A DNA stretch of 64,000 nt from an uncultured Nitrososphaeraceae archaeon (GCA_963825865.1 CAWGVG010000015.1:96001-160000), one strand, 5' to 3'; numbered from the stretch's first letter, positions 48,518 to 60,454 are shown. A program made the numbers and translations. Notes: a model not told the origin generated them from the sequence alone.

Positions 48518-48667
48518 TCTATAGCAAGAAAAACTTTGCTATCGCTTGTTTGGGATCAGGATCCAAGTGTTTCAGAATTTTCTTTTTGTATAATATCTAT
48601 AATCACTCTTAGAACTATCTTTTAGTATGCTTGTATATCATCTACTGATGTTTCCTCTTAGAATATA

Positions 48668-48942
48668 GTAAAATACCTCCACTATCTGCACTACCTCCAC
48701 CAAAGCCAAATTCGTGCTCAAACTTGCTCCAAAAAATGGTGGAGATATTCTAAGTTACTGTATACAATACCTCCACCTTTCAACAAATACCTCCACCACT
48801 TTTGCTATCGGTGGAGATACTGTAACCGTGAGTGGACATATGCCTCTACAATACCTCCACTAAAAGAAGCTTAAATCTTGCTCCTTTTGGCAAAATAAGC
48901 AAAAGTGGAGATGGTGGAGATAGTGGAGATGCTTTCGCTATT
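48668..48942 (+). repeat. Third copy of the iteron module
   Basis: CTCCAC cluster on the left, GTGGAG x3 on the right; internal landmarks colinear with 30363-30548. Confidence 0.85.
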
Positions 48943-48992
48943 CTTGCTAGAAGTATAATGAATGCTCAATTGCAGGTAGTTGATTTACAGCG

Positions 48993-49619
48993 CTACTTAT
49001 GAAGTTTGGAACTTCTACTGAGAACTCTTCGATTAACTTCTCTCCAAGTCCAATGGGTTCTAATATTTCTTTGATGAAAATCATCAGGGCTCATTATTAT
49101 ATTTCCACTTGATGTTGATGGCTCAATAGATAATACAGAATTAAGTATTCGATAATTCTTGAAAATACCTTTGTGTGGTAATAGGACAAACCCATCTATT
49201 GTCCAGTCTATTGACAGTGTTTCTCCTTCTCTCCAGGAATTCAAATATTCAATGTCACCAGAATCGACTGCTTTGCTAAAGGAAATGTAACCTCCAGTAT
49301 ATAATTTGGTTTCTTCAGAATGAAGATGAATATTTGTTTCTTTGTTACTTTTCTTAGTTTTGAGTTTTAATATGCATCTTGCATTATTTAACAGAAACAA
49401 TTCATTTACGGTTTCCATCAGTGTATTAAGAAGGTGTGGTGTATCATGAGTGTATATGCCAAAAGGATTAACAACCTTAAATCTCAAAATGATCTTCGGT
49501 TTTGTTTCAGATGGAATTCCTTTATCCTTTCTGTAGCATTTTAGATAATCGTATGTAAGAGCATTTGTATTATTATAATGAATTTTTACATATACAGAAA
49601 TAATATTTTGAGTAGACAA
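48993..49619 (-). CDS. Hypothetical protein
   Basis: 208-aa ORF, no recognised motif. Confidence 0.55.
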   Translation of the reverse strand: MSTQNIISVYVKIHYNNTNALTYDYLKCYRKDKGIPSETKPKIILRFKVVNPFGIYTHDTPHLLNTLMETVNELFLLNNARCILKLKTKKSNKETNIHLHSEETKLYTGGYISFSKAVDSGDIEYLNSWREGETLSIDWTIDGFVLLPHKGIFKNYRILNSVLSIEPSTSSGNIIMSPDDFHQRNIRTHWTWREVNRRVLSRSSKLHK

Positions 49620-49853
49620 TCAGTAATACCGCCCTTTCATTGATATCTTTTTTTAGATCTTTAGAAAATCAATAAAAACCTTCGTAAAAAGTGAATAATT
49701 ATTAAAACGCCCGATGGTATGAAAATATATTTCCAGTACTCTTGAAATGCATAAAGAAGTTTCATAAATGAAATATCGACTATCTTGAAAATGAAGAATG
49801 AGCCGAACTGTTAGAGATAACCTCATTACTATATATGACAATAATAACAATGT

Positions 49854-50327
49854 TTGACCAATACAAAACGCTTAGGTAGGTATAATCGTTATCTCTCCAC
49901 TACTAGCAATAATAATGATAACTCTAGTTCTCAGTCATATTTCAACGAGCTAGCATCATTCTATAAAGATAACAGCAGGAAACCATCGATTGATTTGGAT
50001 AGAACTCTTTTTGGACACAAGCGCACTTCATTACAAAAAGTACTTGCAAATGCTAACAAGGCAATTGAGAAATCAACAAAGTTCATAAATAAAATAAAAT
50101 CAAGACAGCTTGCTTGTGCTAATAGAACAAAATCGATACCTAAAAATGCAACAATAAGAAAAGAATACATCAAATGCGGAAAAGATATGTGTGTGCAAAA
50201 GCATGGGCCTTACTACTACGCTTACTGGAAAGACCCTGAATGCAAGAAACTAAAGAAAAAATACATCGGCGACCATATGCCAAAAAATAAAGAACAAGAA
50301 TCAAAAAATGATAACACTGCTCAGTAA
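49854..50327 (+). CDS. DUF6788-like Zn-ribbon protein of mobile elements
   Basis: EYIKCGKDMCVQKHGPYYYAYWK...LKKKYIG. Confidence 0.75.
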   Translation: MTNTKRLGRYNRYLSTTSNNNDNSSSQSYFNELASFYKDNSRKPSIDLDRTLFGHKRTSLQKVLANANKAIEKSTKFINKIKSRQLACANRTKSIPKNATIRKEYIKCGKDMCVQKHGPYYYAYWKDPECKKLKKKYIGDHMPKNKEQESKNDNTAQ

Positions 50328-50421
50328 CTGGATATCTAAGAATAGCGACTAGATGACATGATGAATAATACAGGCTTGGTTACATAAGATGTGGCGTCAT
50401 TTTTTACAAAATCTTATGTAA

Positions 50422-50790
50422 CTATGATACCTGAGTCTGCAACTTCTTAAGCAAATCTAGATCACTCTTCATCGGGTCAGGAGCAAGAGAAGCAGGAGAA
50501 GAATTATCTTTTTTACTGTCCTCGCCACCTATCTTCTCTAGTAGAGTATCACAAAAGTTGCCTTCTTCTATATCAAATTTCATTGCTTCAATTAATGCTT
50601 CCTGCATGTACTCTGAAAGAGAAGTCTGATATGTATCACAGATAATTTTTAAAACTTGGTGTTGATGTTTTGTCAAGTTTACTTTTTCATTAATCGTAAT
50701 AATATCATCAACAGTGTCTTTATTTTTATTGTTGGTATGAGTCAACTTTGATGATGACAGTGATTTAGTTGAAGATGAAGAATTATCCAT
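50422..50790 (-). CDS. Putative ribbon-helix-helix protein
   Basis: KVNLTKHQHQVLKIICDTYQTSLSEYMQEAL pattern. Confidence 0.55.
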   Translation of the reverse strand: MDNSSSSTKSLSSSKLTHTNNKNKDTVDDIITINEKVNLTKHQHQVLKIICDTYQTSLSEYMQEALIEAMKFDIEEGNFCDTLLEKIGGEDSKKDNSSPASLAPDPMKSDLDLLKKLQTQVS

Positions 50791-51143
50791 TTTGCTATAA
50801 CTAATTATTTCATTTATAGGCTAATATCATTTTCGTTTGCTATATCATGAATGATCTGTCCAATTATCTTTGGACCTAAATATAGAGTTAAATTTGATTC
50901 ACAACCCTATGGATTCGAAACTTCGAATGTTCTATTATATTACTAGCCAACCAGCAATTAAAGTTTAAATCATAAAGTGAGCCTGTAGAAAAAAGTTGAA
51001 CCTCTTTACCACAAAGCATGTAATCTGACATAAATCTTGAGTTATCAAGTCAAAAAATCAATCAAGAAGAAATAGAAACCTTTAAAGCTTTGTTTAATTT
51101 ATTACAAATGAATCCTTTTTTAGAAGTGATATCACAGCGGAAA

Positions 51144-51155
51144 CCACTGGCCCCA
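51144..51155 (+). repeat. Putative attR (copy of the tRNA-Pro 3' end)
   Basis: CCACTGGCCCCA, identical to 24203-24214. Confidence 0.75.
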
Positions 51156-51163
51156 TTAACTAC

Positions 51164-51373
51164 ATGGGTTCAAATATTGAATCAAAAAGTAGTACAAGAA
51201 GGAGGGGACTTTAGATTCCATTAAAGCTGACTACCACTATTAGCAAGATTCTGTCTGTGTCTAATCACACTAACAGAGTAATAATCAACGACTTCTGTGA
51301 ATATATGAAGTTTAATGGATGCTCAGATCATCATCAGAACAATAACCTAAAGGTTGCTATTGCATTTGCAAAC
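51164..51373 (+). pseudogene. Truncated N-terminus of a second integrase
   Basis: IPLKLTTTISKI...INDFCEYMKFNGCSDHHQNNNLKVAIAFAN resembles the N-terminal domain of Nitrososphaera-type integrases; in-frame stop, no catalytic part. Confidence 0.6.
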
Positions 51374-51428
51374 AGGCTCTGCATAACGACTTAACCCATA
51401 TTCTTCAAACGTTTCTCGCACTGATTAC

Positions 51429-51790
51429 ATGGGAAATTTAGATTTGGATCTAGATGGAAAGCTTTCTATAACAGATATTCCAGATGGCTTATTCAATGAT
51501 CTACATCCAACAAAAATAGAGAAGCTTAATATTGAAAACAATGTTTGCCAGCGTCAAGGCCGCTGTGGACTAGGTTGTATTCCAGAATCAAGACATACAT
51601 TGAATTACCGATTCTTTGACGCAATTTCTGCTGGTAAACCTATCGACATATTTCCCCTGACGGCCTATACGTTGTTGATGGTTCAATAATCCCTAGTCCT
51701 CTAGGGATTAATCCCTCATTGACTATTGCTGCATTGGCTTTTAGAATCGCGGAAGAAATTGCCGGAGATAAAAAGTATTGGCCCAAATGA
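51429..51790 (+). pseudogene. Internally deleted GMC oxidoreductase
   Basis: CQRQGRCGLGC...RHTLN joined directly to the C-terminal [30 protein letters not shown]. Confidence 0.75.
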
Positions 51791-51848
51791 GAACTTACTT
51801 TCTTGAAAGTTATTTTTTCTGCAATAAAGAAGGATAACAATAGGTGTC

Positions 51849-54435
51849 TCAGCCGACACGGTTTCTAAACGCAGATTCCTTTCCAACCCTCTTCAGAATA
51901 TAAGGAATATAAACGCTTTGTCTGACTGAGTCTACGTGTAAAAAGCTCACTCCTTGGGAAAGCCAGCCAAGTAAGTGACTGCGCTCTGAATAATATTTGC
52001 CTATCAAAATGTCATCATTGACTTGCCTTATCTCATCATGAAAGATCCCTCCTGTTGAATCCTGCATTTCTACATGATCTTCCTTTTCGTTAACTATGGC
52101 GGTACCTGCAAGAGCATTGCCAAATACATAATCATTCTTCAAAGCCGTTGTATTTCCGTCTTTGTCAAAATAATATCTGAACTTGAATACAGGCTCACTC
52201 CATATAGAATCTGAAACAAGTCGACCTTCCCAAATTCCTACCATCGATTGCAAGGTAGGTTTCTTCGTCTTGCGGTATAACATTTCATGGTCTTCTATAG
52301 TCATAAACTCAAAAGGATAATTCCTTGACATTGAAAATGTCAACATTTCCCTACCGGCGCTGGGTTTGCCTAGAAAGGCTTTACCAAGTATAGTGTTTTC
52401 ATCTACTATTTTCAAGACATCATAAAATAGATTGTAAGGAGGATCTAGATACTCTAGCAATATCGTTCTACCAAGCCCATCCAACTCCTTGTTACTAGCT
52501 TTGTTTCTGGCAAAGACTGGAACTTCAAAGGGATGAGTTGTTCCCATAATATCCCCAGATTCATTCTTAGTAAATCTTTTCCAAAATCCCCCAAAATAAA
52601 GTGTTAAGGTATTCCGTATGTCAGTATCTCGAGTGAAGATTCCCTTCCAATGTGAGTTATTTGAGATTGTAAGGGTTTCCGGGTCGAATTTCCAATTTGC
52701 TTCTTCTGCTTTATCACTTGCAGCATTGACAAGCGTCTGCACATCAAATTGAGTATTTGCAGAATCAAATAGTTTTGATAGATTATCTCTAAGGCAATAC
52801 ATTGGTTGTGACATAGCACATATATGTCCTAAACCCTTGTTGTTCAAAGAAATATTGTCATATTTATCTTTCCAATCTTTCATTATCCTTGATGCAACTA
52901 TAGAAGCTACTGTCATTACGGTGATCTGTGGATTGACTCCAACTGAGGTAGGAAATACGCTCGCATCACAGACAAATAGGTTTTCAAATCCATGAACTCT
53001 GCAATCTGAATCTACCACGGAGTCAGCCTGGTTTGTCCCAATTTTATTTCCTGACTGAGGATGTGCCGAACCTAAGAGCAGGTTCTTTGGATCATTAAGT
53101 ATTTTGTCAATAAGTTTGAGAATATCTGCTTCATTTTCTACAATGCTCATACTTCTGTGAGAAATAATTATTCTTCTAGCTCCAAGTGCAAACCACATCT
53201 TTCCTAATACTTCAACACCCTTTGCAATTATCCTGAGTTCTTTTTCTCTTGGCTCATAGGTCACACTAACTCTGCCGGTAGATGTAAGGGACACTCTTCC
53301 AATGTTATCATCACGTACTACAATTCCAGCCATCGCATAATTATTGAACCTTTCAATGAGTCTTCTATGCTCACTTATTCCACTAGCGGAAAGTGCGATA
53401 GAAAATTGAAGTAATGGAAGAAATATGCTCTCAATTAGAAACTCTCCAGCATCAAAGTTATGCTCTATTCTTGCTTGATCTGTATTTCTGGTTACACCAA
53501 AATCATGTACCGTGTATGCCATTGGAATTCCCTGGTTACCCTTTATTTCATAATCAAAGTCCCCTATGACTTCAATTCCGGGATGCAAACATAAACCAAC
53601 TCCCGCAGTGTCTTGTGCTATTCCATTTTGAAGAAGGAGTTTAGACGATGCGATGGCTCCTGCACTTACTATGACTATTTTTGCATTCACTCTGATTCTG
53701 TATGTCTTGTTACCGTCAATATTAATGAAATTGCCTTCTACACCTTCTACAACTCCATTTCTATGAACGATTTCTTCGATGATAGCAATTGCAATAGACT
53801 CTCATATCAGAGTCAGGTTTCTTTAATGCCTCATGGATATAGGTTACAAGAACGTTTTGTTTTGTCTCGTAGTGACATCCTATATGGCAGAATCCGCATT
53901 GCATGCAGTTAACACAATTTCTAGAATTATTCCTATGCTCCCTTAATCCAAGCTTTTCTGCACCTTTCTTTAGCATAAGGTTATTTCTATTTAATTCATC
54001 TTCACTCACTTTGGTCACATGGAGAGTGTCGTTTACTTTTTGAAGATGATCTGACCATTCTTCATAGATAAAATTGACGCCAAGTCTATTCCATTCCTCA
54101 CGTACACGTGAAGGAGTATCAAAACATACTGCATCGTTAATTATTGTTGAGCCGCCTAAACAACATCCTTGCGCTATAGCTATTCTAAGGCTATCTACGA
54201 AATTAAAACCTGCATTTTTCCAAAGAAGAGGCATCATATCAATTTCGCGTTGATTCATATCCTTTCCTTCATGATATCCACCTCTCTCAATTAGAACAAC
54301 TTTTTTTCCAGATTCGACAAGCTCTTTAGCAAGAACTGCACCGGCAGCTCCAGATCCTATAATACAAACATCCACATTCTCGACAATGTCATTTTTAATT
54401 ACTTCATATTTTTCATGTCTGTCTGTGAGATGCAT
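51849..54435 (-). CDS. GMC-family FAD oxidoreductase with long C-terminal extension (frameshift near 53700-53780)
   Basis: DVCIIGSGAAG, LGGSTIIN, CMQCGFCHIGC, GSAHPQS, LFVCDASVFPTSVGVNPQIT. Confidence 0.88.
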
Positions 54436-54485
54436 CTATTCCATATACTATGCCCATTTAAACTCCTCCTGTCTTGGCCACATAT

Positions 54486-55186
54486 TCACTTGAACGTACG
54501 TTCCCTTCTTGGCTGTCTTGGTACCTGCGGTCCATCATAGCCAATATCACCTATATGTAATTCTTCAAAGAAGGAGTCAACCAAAGTACTCAATATTACA
54601 CTAAAATGATTAAAGTTATTTTTCCTTTCTTCATAGTCCATTAACGAAGTTCTGTAATCTCTCCCTGATCTCTTCAGGAGGATCGCCATTGTTTAGAATA
54701 TCTAGGTTAATTCTATTTTCTATTCCAATTATGTTTCCAACTTCATTTAACATACTTATCATACGTCGGGCATTACCAGAATAGATGTCTATAGCCTTAG
54801 GATTTGGAATATTGTCAACTATCCTGATGTGATATTCTATTTCCTTTTTAGTTTGTAATACTTTTGTTGTGAGTATTTTATTTCCCTGATTATCCTTTAC
54901 TACTATATACACATCAGGCGTTCCCTCAAGTACTTCTAAGAATTCTCTAAATTTTGATTCATCAAAGTCTAATCCTAAAAAACCCATGTGAGTCAGTAAT
55001 TGCCTCCCCAAGAAAATCGTCTGGGTTCAGAAGTGGATCGTCATCATAGGCTTCTATTTTCAGATCTTTTAAAGGAAGTTGATCTTTTGAGATGATTTTC
55101 CCTTTTAAGGTAAAAGTTCCCAATAGAGATGTAATGCCTTGATGGTAGATAAAATTTCCGCTTTTCACATATAGTGTGAATGACAC
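54486..55186 (-). CDS. Hypothetical partner of the GMC enzyme with transthyretin-like N-terminus (frameshifts)
   Basis: LKIEAYDDDPLLNPDDFLGEAITDSHGFF; three overlapping ORFs upstream of the GMC gene. Confidence 0.55.
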
Positions 55187-55894
55187 CTTGTATGTATGTG
55201 TGGTTCCATCATTTTAGACAGCAGATATGCGTCAGGGGCTTTTTTATTAACGCTGCTAACTGTAGTGGATGTAAGGCAAACTCAAAGGGAATTGAAAATT
55301 TACCCCTTACTATCGCCTTTAAAAAACCTAGATATTGTCTTCTTACTAATGCATAACGTTAGACTAGAACAGCACATTCATTAAATATAGAGAAGTTCTA
55401 ATCCAAGATCAATATATATATTCTAGTATATTCCAGAGATTACTGTAAAAAATATCGCTATTGTTATAGTAACTTCATTATACCATTTTAATAACTGCTT
55501 GAATTGGAAGGTGGTCACTGTATCCTGTGTTAGGTTCTCTTCCTTTTCTTATTTCTACTATCCTATCGTATTTGTCTTTTCTTGTCCATTCAAATGACAT
55601 TGGCCGACCATCAGGCTCCTTTATTATAACAGAATGTCCATTTGTCTTTTCCAAAATATTTTAACCTGATTCAGATCCATAACTAATTTCTGTTTGCCGT
55701 GGTACAGTCCTCTTGAAATAATAACAATAAACAGTTTTTTATTAATCAAATAGTGTGGTTTGGGATATCCTTTGGTATAATCTTGATCATTTCTTTATTA
55801 TTACCATTTCCGATCTCTCTAGTTGCAATATTTGGAATATTTATTTTGCGTAATATGTATAGGAGAATGAGTCGCACGAGTGGAAGGAGCAGAA

Positions 55895-56041
55895 ATGCTT
55901 GGCTCAACACAATCGATGTTTAGCATCAGCAATAATACTAACGTTTCATCATTGAAGTATTATTGTATAAGCTGCGGAGCAGAACATAATGAAGCAGCAT
56001 GTCGTAGATGCGCTTCTAAGATGAAAAAGGTGGGATTGTGA
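55895..56041 (+). CDS. Small Zn-ribbon protein or fragment
   Basis: KYYCISCGAEHNEAACRRCASKMKKVGL*; stop overlaps the next start. Confidence 0.5.
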   Translation: MLGSTQSMFSISNNTNVSSLKYYCISCGAEHNEAACRRCASKMKKVGL

Positions 56042-56301
56042 TTAGCATATTTAGACGTTGGAAACCAAAAGGGAAAATGTACAGCTTAAGATGTAATCAG
56101 TGCGGATCTGGCTTTCTTTCTAGCTTCAACCTTGATGCACCAATTTGCTGCAAATGTTTGCAAAAAGCTAAATCCCTAGACTCAACTGTCGACAATGAAA
56201 AGGTATGCAGCAAATGTGGTAAGAGTGGAGTAATTTATGGAAAGGAAATGTGCCATTCTTGCTATTTTGGATTCGAAAAGAAAGAAGAGGCTTTACGATA
56301 G
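56038..56301 (+). CDS. Small Cys-rich Zn-finger protein
   Basis: CNQC, CCKC, CSKC, CHSC. Confidence 0.6.
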   Translation: MISIFRRWKPKGKMYSLRCNQCGSGFLSSFNLDAPICCKCLQKAKSLDSTVDNEKVCSKCGKSGVIYGKEMCHSCYFGFEKKEEALR

Positions 56302-57345
56302 ATAACCGACCTGGATTTTACATATTGAAAGCACTACTAATCAAATGGATCGTAAACAATTGGCAGGAATTCTACTTTGACATTGTTGCAGATAGGACAT
56401 TAGCTCCAGGTAGCAGGTATTATTTATGAAGTAGGCAAAGAAGAAACCATTTATAAAAAAAGATTTTCGTCTGACATTTTCGATACGTATTCGATGAAGC
56501 TTTTGGTTAATGATGACTATGTAAGAGGTTAGATGAAAAACACCCATGGAAGCGCCAAGAATCAAAATTGATTTTCAGATTAAATGAATAACGCTAATTC
56601 ACAATACTATTAAAAAACTACATAACTTGATAATGAAACAAAAAGTCAGAGATAAAAAATGAACCGTGGATACTAACGGGCCTAGCATCTTTGACGCTAA
56701 TTGACATAATGCAAAGAATGGGAAGACGAGGAGAAGATAACTATGGCAGATCATTTTGATGCACCTGGTTTGCAAACCACCTAATATGGACGCCCACATA
56801 GATATATGCGATATATATATTAATCGTCATGATTTCTAATTGTTGTCCCGATGCTGCTTTGTTCAAGCGCAATCTTGTGCAAATAGTGCACAGGATAAAT
56901 CATATTATGACCAAACTTCAAATCTTTAACATGACACACGTTAATGGAGTTTCCCTTACAACATGGCCTATATCAGGGGAATCAAGTGCTTTTACACCTT
57001 TATTGAAATACTTGCCTGATGTCATGTTGTATAGTCAGATGGATCTCTAATAGTTTTCCTCACCGATATATCAAACTGAGATGTGGTTAGTATTGATTAG
57101 CACATCACATTGAAAATAATAAAAAGGAGATAGTAAAATGCCAATAGATCCAGACTTTCCAAAAAACTATCAAGTGATTGGTAAGCACAAGAATGCTGAT
57201 GGTCAGAATTATCATTATGTTTGGGGACCAGGAAGGCTTTCTGATGCTGCAGAAAATGAAGAGGCAACAGCAGACTAAAAATAAACAGGTTCCTGTTCAC
57301 TTGTTAATAAACAAATTGATGATATAATACTGTGTATAGCACAGT

Positions 57346-57534
57346 ATGGAAATCAACAGAAATAAAGATGAATTATCCGCAGAAACAGTTCTTGTACTGC
57401 AAGGAGGAGGTTCACTTGGCGCATATGAATGTGGAGTATACAAAACCCTTGCAAAACATAACATAAAATTCGATATCGTGTCAGGTACATCGATTGGAGC
57501 TCTTAATGCAACAATAATAGCTGCTCGCTTCTAA
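57346..57534 (+). pseudogene. Patatin-like phospholipase N-terminal fragment
   Basis: LVLQGGGSLGAY and GTSIG motifs, then truncation. Confidence 0.8.
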
Positions 57535-57823
57535 TAACTTCCTGCAAAACCACTACTCAAAATTGCTATAAATGAATTGGGCTAGCGTAATAATAATTAT
57601 CATCCAACAACATATCGCGCAGTTAGGATTTAAGGCATTAACTCGTCATATGATTTGCAATGTAAATGCAACGCATGGAATAAAAAGACTAAGATGAATA
57701 TAAGATAGAAGATAATCTGAAAATTCTCTGATTGAAAGCTAAACGAAAGACTTGACATGACCATTATCAAAGATTAAATAAGAACAGTTCCAAATTCGAT
57801 TAGTCGAATATTAATTGTCATCA

Positions 57824-58350
57824 TCAGTATCCTGTAAACTCTTCAACTTTGATTCTTTCTTTTGAGATTTCTAATTCTTCTTGGAGCAGTGATTGCATAG
57901 CTTTTAGCATGCTAGGAGGACCACAGATATAGAATATTGAATTATTTAGTTCATTAGTATCTACGTACTTCAAAATCATTGCTTTGTCTATTCTCCCATA
58001 TTCTCCTTTCCAATCATTTTTTGCAGTAGATAATGATGTTTTTTCACGTCGATCTTCTTCTTCTCCTTCGCTAATAGTATAGATAACCTTCAGATTTTTA
58101 TTTATGTTCGCCCAGTCATCAAACTCTCTTTTGAATAAGATGTTGCTAATATTCCTATTGGAGTCAAACATTGTTATTTTTACGGGCAGCTGCTTATCTG
58201 TAGCATACTTTATCTTAGTTCTAAATGGAGTAACACCTATTCCACCAGAAAGAAATACAGCAGGAGTTGAATAATCTTGATGTAATACAAATTGGCCCTC
58301 AGGACCTTTTACCTTGACTTTTGCGCCTTCCTCTAAATTTGAAAGTCTCT
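57824..58350 (-). pseudogene. FNR-like FAD/NAD(P) oxidoreductase, 5'-truncated
   Basis: KGPEGQFVL, FLSGGIGVTPF, FYICGPPSM, KVEEFTGY*. Confidence 0.8.
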
Positions 58351-58409
58351 TTTTTTTCTGTTTTCGGAGGTGAAATGAAATTGAATTTAATTAGTATGCC
58401 TACAAGAGC

Positions 58410-58571
58410 ATACAGACAATGGAAGTATAATTGATTTAACTAATATCCCTTGTAAAAAGGAAAGTGATCAAACCGGTAGTTTCAAATCAATTTAGACTCG
58501 AGCAAGCTATTGACGCATTGGAAATGTTAAGAGTTGGTAAAATAATCGGGAGATCAGTAATAAACCCGTGA
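58410..58571 (+). pseudogene. Zn-dependent alcohol dehydrogenase C-terminal fragment
   Basis: IKPVVSNQFRLEQAIDALEMLRVGKIIGRSVINP*. Confidence 0.65.
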
Positions 58572-58915
58572 AATAATTAAAAGCAATAAGTACTCCAAAA
58601 TAAAGGATGTTACGAACATCTCAGGTGATGAGTGCAAGAGTCAATCGAGAAGTAGTAAAATTTTCAATCAACTTTTGGCTTTCATAGCTTATCTATCAAG
58701 ACAGAACCAAATACACCAACGTACGATACTTCTTTCTGTTTCACACATATATAATAATTGAGCGCCTAAGAGAAAATATGCTTTGTAGAAAACATGCTTT
58801 TGATAGATTCCATCAAAGCTAACGCAATGCGATAGAAATAAAGACATCAAGGTCGGCGAAGGTCTTCAGTATACAGGGCTAAAGGGATCAGCGTCTAATA
58901 CACTCCAAGCAGGCC

Positions 58916-59449
58916 TTACTTTATGAATACTACTCCGATGCTCGCAACTTCAATTTTCACGGGCGGTAGAGGTGGTGGAGGATCTTCCTTTGTATCTACT
59001 CTATTATTTAGATGGATTGAAACACCCAAACCAAATTTGAAACTCCTTGGTCCAGGCACTTCAAGTGAAATAGTATTCCAGTTATTAAATGAGGTGATAG
59101 CCAAAGGGTTAAATTCATGAACTACATTTTCACCATCTTTTATTCCAACTTTATCAATCCCTCCAAACGGACTATCTCTAGTACGAATTCTGAGCTTCAC
59201 AGATTTGATTTTCCATTGCTCGCCGCTTACATTTGGGGATGGTACATTAGTCCAAATCCAATTTTGTTGGCCGTTACTTAGTATTATACTGAAGGTTAAA
59301 CCTCCCACCCGAATCTGCCCTACTTGTGGATTATCTGGAGATATTGAAGTGTAGCCTATCCATAGTTCTTGAATTTGAGTTGTTGGATGCGACAATAAAC
59401 TAGAAACCGTTATCAAGTATATAGATTTTTCACAGATTGTTAAGCCCAT
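58916..59449 (-). CDS. Hypothetical protein (DUF6623-like)
   Basis: NWIWTNVPSP...SVKLRIRT...IKDGEN...FGLGVSI pattern. Confidence 0.5.
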   Translation of the reverse strand: MGLTICEKSIYLITVSSLLSHPTTQIQELWIGYTSISPDNPQVGQIRVGGLTFSIILSNGQQNWIWTNVPSPNVSGEQWKIKSVKLRIRTRDSPFGGIDKVGIKDGENVVHEFNPLAITSFNNWNTISLEVPGPRSFKFGLGVSIHLNNRVDTKEDPPPPLPPVKIEVASIGVVFIK

Positions 59450-60454
59450 TATTCTGTCTAATTAGGATCTATATTGAAATTCATATATTGTACATCTAGT
59501 TTACAATATATGCATTGGCCTAAAATTAAAGAATCTTGGAACCTTGTGATAAACATATCAGCAAAGATATCAAAGTTAGCGAGCTGTTTCATTTCACAGC
59601 AACCAAGGTTCAGGTAAAGCATCTAGATCATCTTTTCAGGATATACATCAAGTCAATGGGAAAGGACCCTGTATGCAGAGTAGAAGAAACCAAGTCTCCT
59701 AAAAAACCTGCTATTGCATTCAAACATTTCATAAACAATGTTTTCAATCCACCACAAAGGTTTGATATGGTAGACAAAATAGGTTGCGAATGCAAGAAGG
59801 TAAGATAATACTAATGTCAGATTCTTGTTCTTCCGACTCAGGTGCAGACTCGAGATATGAATCATATATTAGAATGCAAGGGTATAGATGTATCTTCTCT
59901 TTTATCTGAAAGGGAAAAGAGAGAAAGAAAAAAGACTTCCTCAAAATTCTTAGCAGATGCGTTGCTAGTAAATGACGGAGAATGTATAGCCTATTATCCG
60001 GTTCACACAAATTAATCAACTAACATACAACATACTTCTTCGGCGCCGAAACAATTTGCCAATTGTAAAAATTCAAATAATAAATTGAGGATGGTTTGAT
60101 TAGTTCCATAAGCCCTAACTCTTAACAGGATAGTATCTTTAAATCAAGTTTACAAGCTCATGAATTTATTATAAACCTTTATCTTCAGTCCTGTTCATAT
60201 TCCTTACCGTTGTTAATCTCAATCTAGTTGAATTTAGAATTTGGATTGTAGTTATATGATCTCCTTTTGTAGGAGGAAAAGTCTGTTTTATAGTCTTAGC
60301 CATATAATGGTAACTATAGGTTTACTACATCAATATCAATCATGATGTTTATTCCAAAATTTAGTAACCCTAAATTAGTGCTTAGGATATGCCATAATAT
60401 CCTTAAAACAAATATTTTGTCTTGTTCTTATAAGTCAAAGAATAAATTTTTCTA

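Larger units (their letters stand above)
24203..51155. mobile_element. ~27-kb tRNA-Pro-integrated element (integrase, own replication module, conflict-like cargo)
   Basis: Direct repeat CCACTGGCCCCA at 24203-24214 (tRNA 3' end) and 51144-51155; integrase 60 bp after the tRNA; only MGE-type and cargo genes in between. Confidence 0.8.

Noticed and set aside
38082-48942. CRISPR array interpretation of the CTCCAC/GTGGAG or 102/141-bp repeats
   Set aside because: No constant 25-40-bp repeat with unique spacers and no cas genes
24203-51155. Provirus
   Set aside because: No recognisable capsid, portal, terminase or packaging ATPase; highly divergent virion genes cannot be fully excluded
974-55186. 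Widespread pseudogenisation or programmed frameshifting suggested by many split ORFs
   Set aside because: Single-base slips also hit housekeeping genes (aspartate kinase, P-II), several at homopolymers; sequencing error is the simpler explanation
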